From NCBI GenBank assembly GCA_963771465.1, contig CAVYTU010000006.1, positions 64,001-128,000 of the forward strand: a stretch of DNA of 64,000 nt, in the 5' to 3' direction. The translations under genes and the position numbers were made by a program. A model generated the notes under the pieces. It was not told where the DNA came from and ran no database searches. It was given only the letters and a program-made list of their open reading frames with translations. Position 1 is the first letter of the stretch, and each line of letters opens with the position of its first letter. Shown piece by piece: positions 1-10,098 of this stretch. Source of the stretch: an uncultured delta proteobacterium. GTDB lineage: Bacteria; Desulfobacterota; Binatia; UBA9968.

Positions 1-483
1 TTCGAGAGGGGTGAAGTCGATGCGGTGTGTTGCGATCCACCGCACTGGAACATCGCCGTGCAGATGGGCGGCCATGCGCTCCAGTCATGCCGCGATCTGT
101 TCTCGATTCCCGAGGCGGGCTTTTCCACTTCGCCCGCCGTCATTGCGGAGAAGCCTTTCGTGGTCAAAGGCATGATTCGCGCGCTGTTGCGCGGCGTGAT
201 GGTGGCGCGTCACAGCAAACAAGAGACCCTCGATTCGATTCTGCGCCATAATCATTTTATCAACCGCGAACTGGCGACGCTCGCTTACGACGAAGTTCAC
301 AGAGAATGGGGCCCGGTGCTCGACTTGGAAGCGTATCAACGCAAGGTGGATTTCTACACTAGCGAGTGGAACCTGCCGAAGAAACCGGTGAGCGACTACT
401 ATAACTTCAAATATTTGAAGGAAGCGCTCGACGAGTTGGGCCTGCTCCACACTTGGGATCCGCGGCTGGAATTCAAGCCATAG
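1..483 (+). CDS. ABC substrate-binding protein, NitT/TauT (SsuA/THI5-like), 5'-truncated by the window edge
   Basis: Frame is open from base 1 (FERGEVDAVCCDPPH...). Carries IAEKPFVVKGMIRALLRG and the C-terminal YLKEALDELG typical of the family. Confidence 0.7.
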   Translation, partial: FERGEVDAVCCDPPHWNIAVQMGGHALQSCRDLFSIPEAGFSTSPAVIAEKPFVVKGMIRALLRGVMVARHSKQETLDSILRHNHFINRELATLAYDEVHREWGPVLDLEAYQRKVDFYTSEWNLPKKPVSDYYNFKYLKEALDELGLLHTWDPRLEFKP

Positions 484-511
484 AAGGATCGAGTCAAGGC
501 AAAAGGTAAAA

Positions 512-1573
512 GTGAAAATTCTACGCTGCCAAAAGAACCGCTTGTCGTCGCGACTAGCGGTTTCTTTGCTTTTATTACTGCTGTCAGCCGGCGCCGCCTT
601 CGCTCAGGCGAATTTTTACGAAGACAAGACGATCAGATTAGTCATTGGTTTTTCCGCCGGCGGTATCAGCGATCTGTGGGGCCGCGCTCTGTCGCGCGCG
701 ATGAGCCAGTATATTCCCGGCAAGCCGCAAATTATCCTCCACAACATGCCTGGCGCAGGATCGTTAACGGCGGCGAATTATCTTTACAGCGTCGCCAAAC
801 CGGACGGCCTGACACTGGGGTTTTTCACGCCTGGTTTATTTTTCAATCAACTGATCGGCTCCAAAGAAGTGCAATTCGACTGGGCGAAGTTTGCCTGGAT
901 CGGCTCGCCGGAACAAACCCAACGGATCATCTACATTCGCGCCGACTCGCCGATCAAAACGATCGATGACATGCGCGGCGCCGCCGAAGGACCGCGTTGC
1001 GGCGCCACCGCGCTTGGCACGGTGGGCCATTACTTTCCGCGGCTTGTGGAAGAAGCCTTGGGGGTGAAATTCAATCTTGTCATCGGCTATCCCGGCGCTG
1101 CCGAGATCGACTTGGCGATTCAAAAAAACGAAGTGCAGTGCCGCGCCGGCAGTTTGGAAGGCTACTTTGGCAGCGAGCCAAGCAAGAGCTGGGCGAAGAG
1201 TGGGTTCGCTCGGGTACTGATCAATGGCGGCGCCAAGCGCGATGGGCGAATTGCCGACGTCGCGACGCTTCATGAGTTGATGGACAAGCGCAATGCGCCG
1301 GATGTGACGCGCCGATTGGCGACCGTGTTGCTTTCACCCGACTACATCGGCCGGCCGCTGGCGACGACGCCGGGAGTGCCGGCGGAGCGGGTGAAGCTGT
1401 TGCGCGATGGCTTCAATAAAGCGCTGGTCGATCCCGAGTTCGTTTCTGAAGCCAAAAAGCGGGCTTGGGAAATCGAGCCGGTGACCGGCGAAGAGCTTGA
1501 AGCGATCGGCAAAAAGGTCATGGCGCAGCCGGCCGATGTGATCGAGCGGATGAAGAAAGTTCTGGGAAATTAA
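512..1573 (+). CDS. Tripartite tricarboxylate transporter receptor (Bug/TctC-like)
   Basis: Signal peptide; FYEDKTIRLVIGFSAGG, NMPGAG, AKPDGLTLG, TPGVPAERV motifs. Confidence 0.9.
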   Translation: MKILRCQKNRLSSRLAVSLLLLLLSAGAAFAQANFYEDKTIRLVIGFSAGGISDLWGRALSRAMSQYIPGKPQIILHNMPGAGSLTAANYLYSVAKPDGLTLGFFTPGLFFNQLIGSKEVQFDWAKFAWIGSPEQTQRIIYIRADSPIKTIDDMRGAAEGPRCGATALGTVGHYFPRLVEEALGVKFNLVIGYPGAAEIDLAIQKNEVQCRAGSLEGYFGSEPSKSWAKSGFARVLINGGAKRDGRIADVATLHELMDKRNAPDVTRRLATVLLSPDYIGRPLATTPGVPAERVKLLRDGFNKALVDPEFVSEAKKRAWEIEPVTGEELEAIGKKVMAQPADVIERMKKVLGN

Positions 1574-1625
1574 ATAGGCAAAATTAAAAATCTTAAGAAT
1601 TAGCGAATCAAGGCGGGAGTTTCCA

Positions 1626-2849
1626 ATGTATAAAACTACCAAAGAAGAAAACGAAATTCTGACCCGCACGGGCAAGGGCACGCCGATGGGTGAGTTCTTG
1701 CGGCGCTATTGGTGGCCCATCGGCATTGCCGCTCATTTGAAAGAGCGGCCGACTTTCATTCGCGTGTTCGGCGAAGACTTGGTTTTGTTCCGCGATGCCA
1801 AAGGAAAAGTCGGCGTCATCGGCGCCTTTTGCGCGCACCGGCGCGCCAATCTCTGTCTCGGCGACGTCGAGCGCGACGGCGTGCGCTGCCGCTATCATGG
1901 CTGGCTGTACGACACGGACGGACAGTGCGTGCAGATTCCCGGCGAGCCGGCCGACAGCGAGCTTAAGAAAGAATCGATTCATTTGCCGGCGTATCCCGTC
2001 GAAGAGCTCGGCGGATTGATCTTTGCCTATTTCGGGCCGCAGCCCGCGCCGTTGGTGCCGCGTTACAATTTTCTCGTCGGCCAGGGTGAGGTTTATATCA
2101 CGATCCAGGGCTTACAGAATTGTAACTGGTTGCAGTGCGTCGAAAACGGCATGGACCCGGTGCATCCAAGTTTTACCCATGGCGGCGCCTGGCCGGATAT
2201 CATGAGCACCGAACCGGAACTGGGATTTCATGAAACCGAGTGGGGCATGGTTTACAAAGCTTACCGCAAGACCAAAGAACCCGGCGTGCTCAACTACCGG
2301 GAGCATCATTTGCTCATGCCCGGCGTGAGCTGCGGCGGCAGCGGCGGCCGTTACTTGTCGGGTAAGCAGGCGGGCACGCCCGTGTCGGCGGCGCGCTGGA
2401 GCGTGCCCATCGACGACACGCATACCATGCTCATGCGCGTCCGTTTCAAGCCGTCGGACAATCCCGGCAAGTATGAAGGCGATCCGTTCAGCAAACGCTG
2501 GAAGCCGCCGCAGGAATTCATCGTGCCGTACAAAGAATATCGCGACTCGGACGCGCCAGTGCTCGGTTACCCGATTCCACCGCTGCACTTTATCGAGGAC
2601 GGCATGGTGGTCGACAGCATGCCGCCCATCGCCGATCGTGAAAATGAGAATCTCGGCCCGGCGATCGACGACGGCATCATCAAGCTGCGCCAAATGTATT
2701 TGCGCGAAGTTGAAAAAGTGCAGCGCGGCGAAGACCCCAAATGCATCGTGCGCGATCCGGAAAAAAACCAGATGATCGTCATCCCGGCCTACGAAAAATG
2801 GGTGCCGGAGAGCGAGCGCGATCTTGGCAAATCCGCCGCGGTGGGGTAA
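1626..2849 (+). CDS. Rieske non-heme iron oxygenase alpha subunit (phthalate 4,5-dioxygenase-like group)
   Basis: CAH...CRYH Rieske motif; ENGMDPVHxxFTH and a distal Asp for the mononuclear Fe site; N-terminal ENEILTRTGKGTPMG. Confidence 0.92.
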   Translation: MYKTTKEENEILTRTGKGTPMGEFLRRYWWPIGIAAHLKERPTFIRVFGEDLVLFRDAKGKVGVIGAFCAHRRANLCLGDVERDGVRCRYHGWLYDTDGQCVQIPGEPADSELKKESIHLPAYPVEELGGLIFAYFGPQPAPLVPRYNFLVGQGEVYITIQGLQNCNWLQCVENGMDPVHPSFTHGGAWPDIMSTEPELGFHETEWGMVYKAYRKTKEPGVLNYREHHLLMPGVSCGGSGGRYLSGKQAGTPVSAARWSVPIDDTHTMLMRVRFKPSDNPGKYEGDPFSKRWKPPQEFIVPYKEYRDSDAPVLGYPIPPLHFIEDGMVVDSMPPIADRENENLGPAIDDGIIKLRQMYLREVEKVQRGEDPKCIVRDPEKNQMIVIPAYEKWVPESERDLGKSAAVG

Positions 2850-2923
2850 AAAGGATTGACCGCAAAGAACGCAAAGCAAGAATTGGGATTTGTCGGGCGG
2901 GATTGAATTCTATTGGAGGAATT

Positions 2924-3241
2924 ATGGCAATACACTTCGTGAATGAAAATGATGTCGAAAAGGCCAAGAGCGGGCGTGGCTATACCAAATGGCTCCATGT
3001 GACCAAGGGCGAAGCCGGTCCCGAAATGATGATCCGCCACTGGGGACCGGATACGGATATTCCGGTGCACAGCCATCCCTTCCATGAAATGTTTTATGTC
3101 CTGGAAGGCGAGATCGAGATCGGCGGCACGACTTATGCGGCTGGCTCGTGCATCTATATCGAGAAGAATACGCCCTATGGTCCGACGCGCGCGCCGAAGG
3201 GCGGGAAAGTGCTGCGCTATGCGGAAGCCCGCCGAGGGTAA
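2924..3241 (+). CDS. Small cupin-domain protein
   Basis: GGAGG RBS before ATG 2924; cupin motif IPVHSHPFHEMFYVLEGE. Confidence 0.85.
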   Translation: MAIHFVNENDVEKAKSGRGYTKWLHVTKGEAGPEMMIRHWGPDTDIPVHSHPFHEMFYVLEGEIEIGGTTYAAGSCIYIEKNTPYGPTRAPKGGKVLRYAEARRG

Positions 3242-3246
3242 ATAGC

Positions 3247-4053
3247 GTGGAAAGCTACATCGAAGCCGACGGACTCAAGACATTTTATGTCAAAGCTGGC
3301 AGCGGCTTTCCCGTGGTGATGATTCACGGCGCGGCTCCGGGCGCATCGGCGCAAGTCAATTGGCAGCTCAATATCGAGCCCCTCGCCGCCGCCGGTTTTA
3401 CTGTTTACGCTTACGACCAGCCGGGATTCGGCAAGAGCGAAAATCCAGCGGACCTGTCCATCGAGTATCGAGTCACGCACGCCAAGGCGTTGATCAATGC
3501 TTTGAAACTCGATCGTTATCACGTGATCGGCAATTCCGTCGGCGGCTACGTCGCGGCGCGCCTGGCGCTCGAAGACGGCCGAGTCGGTAAGTTCGTGACC
3601 ACGACGAGCGGCACACTCGCGCCCAAAGGCTCGGCGGAGTCGCAAGCGCTGGGGCAAAAGCATTCCGAGGAGCTGCGCGAGTATGTGCCGAGCCTGGAAA
3701 ACATGCGCGCGCTGACGCTCGGAACGCTCTATCGTAAAGAACTGGTTACCGAAACGTTGGTGCGTGAACGGCATGAGATGAGCATCGGCAAGAATCAAGA
3801 AGCGGCGCAGAAAAGACGCGGCGTCAAGCCGCCGCGCTCGCTCACTGAGGAATTGGCCAATCTCAAAACCAAAACGTTGCTCTTGTGGGGCAATCAAGAC
3901 CGTGGGGTCTCGGTGGAGCGCGGTCTCTTGCTGTTCCAACTCATTCCCAATGCCGAGTTTCATCTGTTCGACCAGTGCGCCCATTGGGTGCAGTGGGACC
4001 AAGCCGGTCGATTCAATCGGCTGGTGGCGGACTTTCTCGCCGGCGGCAATTAG
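3247..4053 (+). CDS. Alpha/beta hydrolase, meta-cleavage-product (BphD/MhpC-like) type
   Basis: HG oxyanion motif, GNSVGG nucleophile elbow, WGNQD, and CAHWVQWD with the catalytic His. Confidence 0.85.
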   Translation: MESYIEADGLKTFYVKAGSGFPVVMIHGAAPGASAQVNWQLNIEPLAAAGFTVYAYDQPGFGKSENPADLSIEYRVTHAKALINALKLDRYHVIGNSVGGYVAARLALEDGRVGKFVTTTSGTLAPKGSAESQALGQKHSEELREYVPSLENMRALTLGTLYRKELVTETLVRERHEMSIGKNQEAAQKRRGVKPPRSLTEELANLKTKTLLLWGNQDRGVSVERGLLLFQLIPNAEFHLFDQCAHWVQWDQAGRFNRLVADFLAGGN

Positions 4054-4087
4054 TCCTGTTTGCTAGGTTAAAAGTACCTGCCCACCT

Positions 4088-4501
4088 GTGCTGAATAAAA
4101 CTCAAGCCGAAGCAATGGTTCTGGCGCGGCTCAAAGCGCGATTCGACCACGCTAACCTTTCGATTGCTGAACACGGCACGGAGGAACGGTTATTCGGTTG
4201 GATGTTTCTCCTCTGTGGCGGCGAGACCGGTTCTGGTGGTGAAGCAGCAGCGAAGATTCCTCGTGCGGTGATAGTGAACAAGCATTCGCAGCAGGTGATC
4301 GCGAGTTATGTCGACCGCGAGCCGGCGCAGTTCATCAGGGTCTACGAAAAATTATTGTCGCAGAACCAGTCGCGCAATGATAATTGGTGTTTGACAGCGT
4401 CATTTCCGTTGTCTTGGCTGCGCTGGCGAAAACAATCGATGGCTGAGCTGGCGAAAGATGCCGGATTTTATGAGATTCGAGGTGAGGAGAATGAGCCATG
4501 A
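4088..4501 (+). CDS. Hypothetical protein, YrhB/Imm35-like N-terminal domain
   Basis: TEERLFGWMF...IVNK...IRVYE pattern resembles YrhB/Imm35; stop overlaps the next start (ATGA). Confidence 0.5.
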   Translation: MLNKTQAEAMVLARLKARFDHANLSIAEHGTEERLFGWMFLLCGGETGSGGEAAAKIPRAVIVNKHSQQVIASYVDREPAQFIRVYEKLLSQNQSRNDNWCLTASFPLSWLRWRKQSMAELAKDAGFYEIRGEENEP

Positions 4502-5499
4502 ATAGACGCTTCTTTCTGTGCGGCATTGCTCTCGTGTGTCTGTCTTTGTTCGTGCATGGCGCTCAAGCTCAGGATAAGAAGCTCGAAAGAATCCGCGTCG
4601 GCGGCGGTTCCACTTCGGCGACGCAGATGTCGATGTGGCTGGCGAAGGAAGGCGGCTTTTATGAAAAGCATGGCCTCAGCGTCGAAGCGATCAGTATTCC
4701 GGGCAGCTCGCTGGCGCTGCAAGCGATGCTCGCCGGCGAGTTGCCGATCATTCAGCTCGGCGGCGCGGCGTCGATTCAAGCCAATCTTGCCGGCGCGGAC
4801 ACGATTATCATCGCGTCGATCGTCAAGAAGTTTCTCTTCTGGATTTACAGCCGGGCCGATATCGCGCGCATGGAAGATCTGAAAGGCAAAGTGTTCGGCA
4901 CGACCCGTTTCGGCACGCTGTCCGATCTAGCCTCGCGTTTCGCGCTGCGGCTTTACGGCATCGATCCGGAGCGCGATATCACCATGGTGCAGACCGGCGG
5001 GCCGGCGGAGACCGTGGCGGCGATAGCGACGGGAAAGATCCAAGCGGCGGCGCTCAGTCCGCCGGCGACCTTGCAGGCGAAGAAGGCGAAGTTGCGCGAG
5101 CTTCTCGATATGTCCAAGCTCGACGCCGAGTATCACATCAACGGCGTGGTGACGACGCGGAAATTTTTGAAAACCAACGAAGACACCGTCCGGCGCTTCA
5201 TGCGCGCTTATATCGAAGGCGCGGTGCGCGGTCAAAGGGATAAAAATTTTGCGACGAAGTCCATGGCCAAGATCTTTCGCACCGACGACCGCGAGTTATT
5301 GGACGAGAGTTACGATTTGATCATTAAGTCTAACTTCGTCGTGCCGCCCTATCCTTCGGTGCCGGGCATCGCCAGTCTGATGAAGGGTTTGGAACAGTCC
5401 AATCCCAAAGCCAAGACTTCCAAACCGGAAGATCATGCCGATAGCCGGATTGTTCGCGAGTTGGAGCAGAGCGGGTTTATTAAATCATTGCAACAATAG
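4498..5499 (+). CDS. ABC substrate-binding protein, NitT/TauT family
   Basis: Signal peptide; AKEGGFYEKHGL, DLKGKVFGTTRFG, PYPSVPG motifs. Confidence 0.9.
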   Translation: MNRRFFLCGIALVCLSLFVHGAQAQDKKLERIRVGGGSTSATQMSMWLAKEGGFYEKHGLSVEAISIPGSSLALQAMLAGELPIIQLGGAASIQANLAGADTIIIASIVKKFLFWIYSRADIARMEDLKGKVFGTTRFGTLSDLASRFALRLYGIDPERDITMVQTGGPAETVAAIATGKIQAAALSPPATLQAKKAKLRELLDMSKLDAEYHINGVVTTRKFLKTNEDTVRRFMRAYIEGAVRGQRDKNFATKSMAKIFRTDDRELLDESYDLIIKSNFVVPPYPSVPGIASLMKGLEQSNPKAKTSKPEDHADSRIVRELEQSGFIKSLQQ

Positions 5500-5500
5500 T

Positions 5501-5607
5501 GTTCAAATCGTTCAAGCCGTTCAAAACGTTCAAATCGTCTTCGGGGTTTCAACGTATTGAACGGAGTGAAACGGTTTGAACGTAGCGCGGCGATTGAACG
5601 ATTGAAT
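5501..5607. repeat. Palindromic array of ~9-bp GTTCAANNC / GNNTTGAAC units between convergent genes
   Basis: gttcaaatc-gttcaagcc-gttcaaaac-gttcaaatc followed by inverted ttgaac units; related copies at 40570, 44339 and 45413. Confidence 0.8.
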
Positions 5608-5608
5608 C

Positions 5609-6643
5609 CTAGAGCCTGTAAAACCGCTTGGCGTTGTCGTAGATAATTTTTCGTTTCGCCTCCCGGCTTAAATCCTTGCGCGCGAAATGTTCTTTGACCA
5701 AGACTTTCATGTCAGTGCGGGTCGCTTCGTGGGGAAAGTCGGAGGCCCATAGCAAGCAATCAGCGCCGAGCAGTTCGACGTCGCGTTTAGTCGTTATTTC
5801 TTCACCGCATTGAAAATAAAGTTGCCTACGCGCCAACAACTCGCTCGGCAGCACCGGACGTTCCGATGGCGAAACCCGTTCGAGCCGCTCTTCGATCTTG
5901 CTGATCAAAAACGGCGTCCAGCCGCAGCCCGCTTCGAGAAAGCCCAGGCGCAGTTTTTTGAGTTTGCTCATCACGCCGGAGAACATGATGTTGGTGAACT
6001 GACGCATTTGCGGAATCACATGGGTTAGCGTCGCCGCTTCGTTGGGCACCAGGTAGCGGTCGTTGTCGCGCAGCGAGTTGCACGAATGCACCGAGAGCGT
6101 GCAGCCGAGTTTGTCGGCCTCCTGGTAGATCGGCCAGTATTGTTTGTGGCCGAGGGGCAGTTGCAATCCATCCGCGGGCAGGATGCCGCCGACCGCTCCA
6201 TACTTCTTTACAGCCCGCCGGAGTTCCTTTACCGCGGCTTGCGGGTCTTGCAGCGGCAGCAGCGCCATGCCGCGAAAGCGGCGGTCGTGGATCAAGAAGC
6301 GCTGGTGAAGATAATCGTTGTAAGCGCGGCACAACTCGACGGCGTAGGTCGGATTGCCGATCTGGCCAACGTGCATGAAACGAGTCGGATACAGGACGGT
6401 CAATTCGAAATCACCCTCATCTAGTTTTTCCACCCACTCGCGCCAGTCGGGCACGCGAAAGTCTTGGCGGCGAAAATCGTTGGCCGGGATCGAACGGTGC
6501 CAGCCGTGGTGCGGCGTCAGCGGAAAATAAAGCATGGCGTCGCGCCGGCTGCGGTAGCCGGCTGACATGAACTCGATAATTTCTGCGTCGGTCTCGCGCA
6601 CGTGGCCGTCGGCGTCGATGATTTTAGGTTTCGTATGTTTCAT
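5609..6643 (-). CDS. Amidohydrolase family protein (amidohydro_2)
   Basis: IIDADGHV, RAYND, LEAGCGW and WASDFPH motifs. Confidence 0.9.
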   Translation of the reverse strand: MKHTKPKIIDADGHVRETDAEIIEFMSAGYRSRRDAMLYFPLTPHHGWHRSIPANDFRRQDFRVPDWREWVEKLDEGDFELTVLYPTRFMHVGQIGNPTYAVELCRAYNDYLHQRFLIHDRRFRGMALLPLQDPQAAVKELRRAVKKYGAVGGILPADGLQLPLGHKQYWPIYQEADKLGCTLSVHSCNSLRDNDRYLVPNEAATLTHVIPQMRQFTNIMFSGVMSKLKKLRLGFLEAGCGWTPFLISKIEERLERVSPSERPVLPSELLARRQLYFQCGEEITTKRDVELLGADCLLWASDFPHEATRTDMKVLVKEHFARKDLSREAKRKIIYDNAKRFYRL

Positions 6644-6800
6644 GGTTGCTTCCTCACATGGTTTTGATGGTTTCGCATGGGGTCTCGGCGCTTGTCAATC
6701 AAAGTGAACGGTCGGCGCCGCGCATGAGGATTGTCGGCGGCGGTCAGCAAAGAAGCCGCGGCGATTAGAATTTTACGCGGCGCTAAGATAAGCTAGTGAG

Positions 6801-9800
6801 ATGGCCGATACTTTGACCGGGCGACTCTTCAACCAAGTCGATCGAACCTCACAGGAACGCGGCCGGCGCTATTTCCAGCACGGCGCGGTGAGCAGTATCG
6901 AAGGCACTCCCTGGGCGATCCATGCGAGCGTTCAGGGCACTCGCCTGTATGACGTGGACGTGACGACGGAAAAGCATCATATCAACGCGTCTTGCACCTG
7001 TCCGTTTTTCGCCCAGGAAGAGGAACCCTGCAAGCATGTTTGGGCGGCGTTGTTGGCGGCGGAACGGAGCGGCTTTTTGTCTGCGCTGGCGAGCATCGCC
7101 GCGCCCCATCTGCGCGGCGTGCCGGTGCGCGCGCACGCCACGGAACTTGTCGAAGCGCTGCGGCTGCCCAAGCGGGTGACGCCGCCCAGTTGGAAGCAAC
7201 ACCTGCACAGTCTGCGCACCCAGCTGGAAAGAGCGGCGGAGCGGGAAAATAATTCAAGCCATAACGGGAGCGAGCTGATCTATGCGATTGATCTGGCTGA
7301 GACCCAGCGCAGCGGGTTTCCACTGATCCAGGTCCATGGGCGCGAACGCAGGGCGGATGGCGCGTGGGGCAAGATCAAGTTCAAAAAGTTCAGCGCCAAG
7401 GATGTGTCGCAAATAGACGACGCCGTCGATCGGCGCGTGATGGCGAGCTTGCTCGGCGCGACGGAAAATTTCGATTACGGCTACAGCCCCGCGACGGGTC
7501 TGTTCATGCTGACGCCGGCCATGTGGGAGATCGTCCTGCCGCTCATGTGCTCGACCGGCCGCTGCACCTTAAAGGAATCGCTGATCGGCGAGGAATTCAC
7601 ACCCCTCGAATGGGATGACGGCGCGCCATGGGATTTTTGCCTGAGCATCGCGCCGAGCGAGGCCCGCAAACCCTACACCGTCACCGGCACGCTCAAACGC
7701 GGCGAAGTCGAAATGCCGCTCGCCGACCCCACCGCGCTGGTGGCTGGCGGACTGCTGTTTTACCAGGGCCGGATCGCGCGGCTCAACGACTACGGTGTCT
7801 TCGAATGGATTTCGTTTCTACGTGGGCGTGATGGATTGACTTTTGCCAAGGGCGAAGCCGACGATTTCGTCGACGAACTCTTACAACTGCCGCGCCAACC
7901 CAGACTCCAGTTGCCCGACGAATTGAAGTTCGAATGGGTTTCGGCGCGCCCCAAACCGACTCTCAACATCAAGCCGGGCAAGAGCGATGCTTGGGGACGG
8001 GATTTTGTTCATGCGAAATTGGCGTTCGACTACGCCGGCAGCAAGATCGACTCGGAGCCAGCGCGTGCCAACGTTTATCAAAAAGCGCCGCGCCGGGTGA
8101 TTCGCCGTGACGCGGCAGCGGAGAACGCGGCCAAGACGCGGCTCGCGCAACTGGGCTTTCGCGAAGTGCTGCTGCTGCGCGACGCGCAGTTTGAATTGCC
8201 CGCTGAACGCATGGCGAGAGCGGTGCGCACGCTGACGCTGGAAGGCTGGCATGTCGAAGCCGACGGCAAGCTCTATCGCACCGCGGGCCAGATGCGCATC
8301 GAGATCAGCTCGGGCGTCGATTGGTTCGAGCTCGACGGCGGCGCCGAGTTTGGCGCTAGCCGCGTGTCGCTGCCAAAACTGCTGCGTGCGATCAAGCAGG
8401 GCGAACAAACCGTGCGCTTGGACGACGGTTCGACCGGCATCATCCCCGAAGAATGGTTGGCGAAGTATCGCCTGCTCGCTAATCTCGGCAGCGCCAGCGG
8501 CGAACATTTACGCTTCACGCGGCCCCAAGCGGGATTGCTCGACGCCTTGCTCGCCGATGAGCCGGAAGTCAAAGTCGACGACCGGTTCGCGCGGGTGCGC
8601 CAAGAGTTGAAAGATTTTGCCGGCGTCAAAGCGGCGGACCCGTCGGCGGCGTTTCTCGGTGAATTGCGCGATTACCAGCGCGATGGCCTAGGGTGGCTCG
8701 AGTTTCTCCAACGCTTCGGTTTCGGCGGCTGTCTCGCCGACGACATGGGTCTTGGCAAAACCATTCAGGTGCTGGCGCTGCTCGAAGGGCGCCGCGAAAT
8801 ACGCCGTAACGACGCGGAAAACTCGCCGCCGCCGGCGCTCGTCGTGGTGCCGCGCTCGTTGGTGTTTCATTGGAAAGGGGAAGCGGCGCGTTTTGCGCCA
8901 AAATTGCGCATCCTCGATCACACCGGCGCGGCGCGGCTCAAGCCGGGCAACCATTTTGACGACTACGATGTCATTCTCACCACCTACGGCACGCTCACCC
9001 GCGATGCCGTGCATTTGAAAAATATCCGCTTCGACTACTGCATTCTCGACGAAGCGCAAGCGGTGAAAAATGCCAGCACGCTCTCGGCCAAAGCCGTGCG
9101 CTTGCTCAAAGCCGATCATCGCCTGGCCTTGAGCGGCACGCCGGTGGAAAATCACCTGGGCGAACTGTGGAGCCTGTTCGAGTTTCTCAATCCCGGCATG
9201 CTCGGCGGCTCCTCGGTATTCGGCGGCGCCGGGCGCAACCCGGATGGCCCGACGCGAAGCGTGCTAGCGCAGGCGCTCAGGCCGTTTATTTTGCGCCGCA
9301 CCAAAGGGCAGGTGGCCAAAGAGCTGCCGGCCAAGACCGAGCAGACGCTTTACTGTGATCTCGAAGCCGGCGAGCGCAAGCTTTACAACGAGCTGCGCGA
9401 TTATTATCGCGCCAAGTTGCTCAAGAACGTCGACACCGACGGATTACAAAAGACCAAATTCCAAGTGCTGGAAGCCCTGTTGCGTCTGCGCCAAGCGGCC
9501 TGTCATCCAGGCTTGATCGACAAGGCGAGCGTCAAGCAGCCGAGCGCGAAGATCGACGCGCTGCTGGAGCAGTTGGAGCAGGTGCTGGAAGAGGATCACA
9601 AGGTATTGGTGTTTTCGCAGTTCACCAGCCTTCTCGCGATCCTGCGCGACCGGCTCGACGCCGCGAAAATTACCTATGCGTATCTCGACGGCCGCACGCG
9701 CGACCGGCAGGCGCGGGTCGAGCAGTTTCAAAACGATCCCAACGTCAAATTGTTTTTGATCAGCTTGAAAGCCGGCGGCTTGGGATTGAATCTGTACGCC

Positions 9801-10049
9801 GCCGAGTATGTTTATTTGCTCGATCCGTGGTGGAATCCCGCCGTGGAAACGCAAGCGATCGACCGCGCCCACCGCATCGGCCAGACGCGCCACGTGTTCG
9901 CTTATCGATTGATCGCCCGCGACACGGTGGAGGAAAAAGTTTTGGAGTTGCAAAAATCCAAGCGCGATTTGGCCGACGCGATCATTACGGCCGATAACAG
10001 CGTGCTGCACAATCTCACCCGGGAAGATTTGGAATTGTTGTTGTCGTGA
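6801..10049 (+). CDS. SWIM zinc finger-SNF2 family helicase
   Basis: CTCP...CKH SWIM motif; DDMGLGKT Walker A, DEAQ, LSGTPVEN, VLVFSQF, QAIDRAHRIGQ. Confidence 0.95.
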   Translation: MADTLTGRLFNQVDRTSQERGRRYFQHGAVSSIEGTPWAIHASVQGTRLYDVDVTTEKHHINASCTCPFFAQEEEPCKHVWAALLAAERSGFLSALASIAAPHLRGVPVRAHATELVEALRLPKRVTPPSWKQHLHSLRTQLERAAERENNSSHNGSELIYAIDLAETQRSGFPLIQVHGRERRADGAWGKIKFKKFSAKDVSQIDDAVDRRVMASLLGATENFDYGYSPATGLFMLTPAMWEIVLPLMCSTGRCTLKESLIGEEFTPLEWDDGAPWDFCLSIAPSEARKPYTVTGTLKRGEVEMPLADPTALVAGGLLFYQGRIARLNDYGVFEWISFLRGRDGLTFAKGEADDFVDELLQLPRQPRLQLPDELKFEWVSARPKPTLNIKPGKSDAWGRDFVHAKLAFDYAGSKIDSEPARANVYQKAPRRVIRRDAAAENAAKTRLAQLGFREVLLLRDAQFELPAERMARAVRTLTLEGWHVEADGKLYRTAGQMRIEISSGVDWFELDGGAEFGASRVSLPKLLRAIKQGEQTVRLDDGSTGIIPEEWLAKYRLLANLGSASGEHLRFTRPQAGLLDALLADEPEVKVDDRFARVRQELKDFAGVKAADPSAAFLGELRDYQRDGLGWLEFLQRFGFGGCLADDMGLGKTIQVLALLEGRREIRRNDAENSPPPALVVVPRSLVFHWKGEAARFAPKLRILDHTGAARLKPGNHFDDYDVILTTYGTLTRDAVHLKNIRFDYCILDEAQAVKNASTLSAKAVRLLKADHRLALSGTPVENHLGELWSLFEFLNPGMLGGSSVFGGAGRNPDGPTRSVLAQALRPFILRRTKGQVAKELPAKTEQTLYCDLEAGERKLYNELRDYYRAKLLKNVDTDGLQKTKFQVLEALLRLRQAACHPGLIDKASVKQPSAKIDALLEQLEQVLEEDHKVLVFSQFTSLLAILRDRLDAAKITYAYLDGRTRDRQARVEQFQNDPNVKLFLISLKAGGLGLNLYAAEYVYLLDPWWNPAVETQAIDRAHRIGQTRHVFAYRLIARDTVEEKVLELQKSKRDLADAIITADNSVLHNLTREDLELLLS

Positions 10050-10098
10050 CGAGAGAACAACTCAGCGAACTCTGTGCGTCTGTGGTGAATAAACCTTG

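Noticed and set aside
5501-5607. CRISPR array
   Set aside because: Units are ~9 bp, tandem or inverted, with no unique spacers and no cas genes.
6801-10049. SNF2 helicase as an anti-phage defence system
   Set aside because: It is a stand-alone SWIM-SNF2 type with no neighbouring nuclease, methylase or other defence gene.
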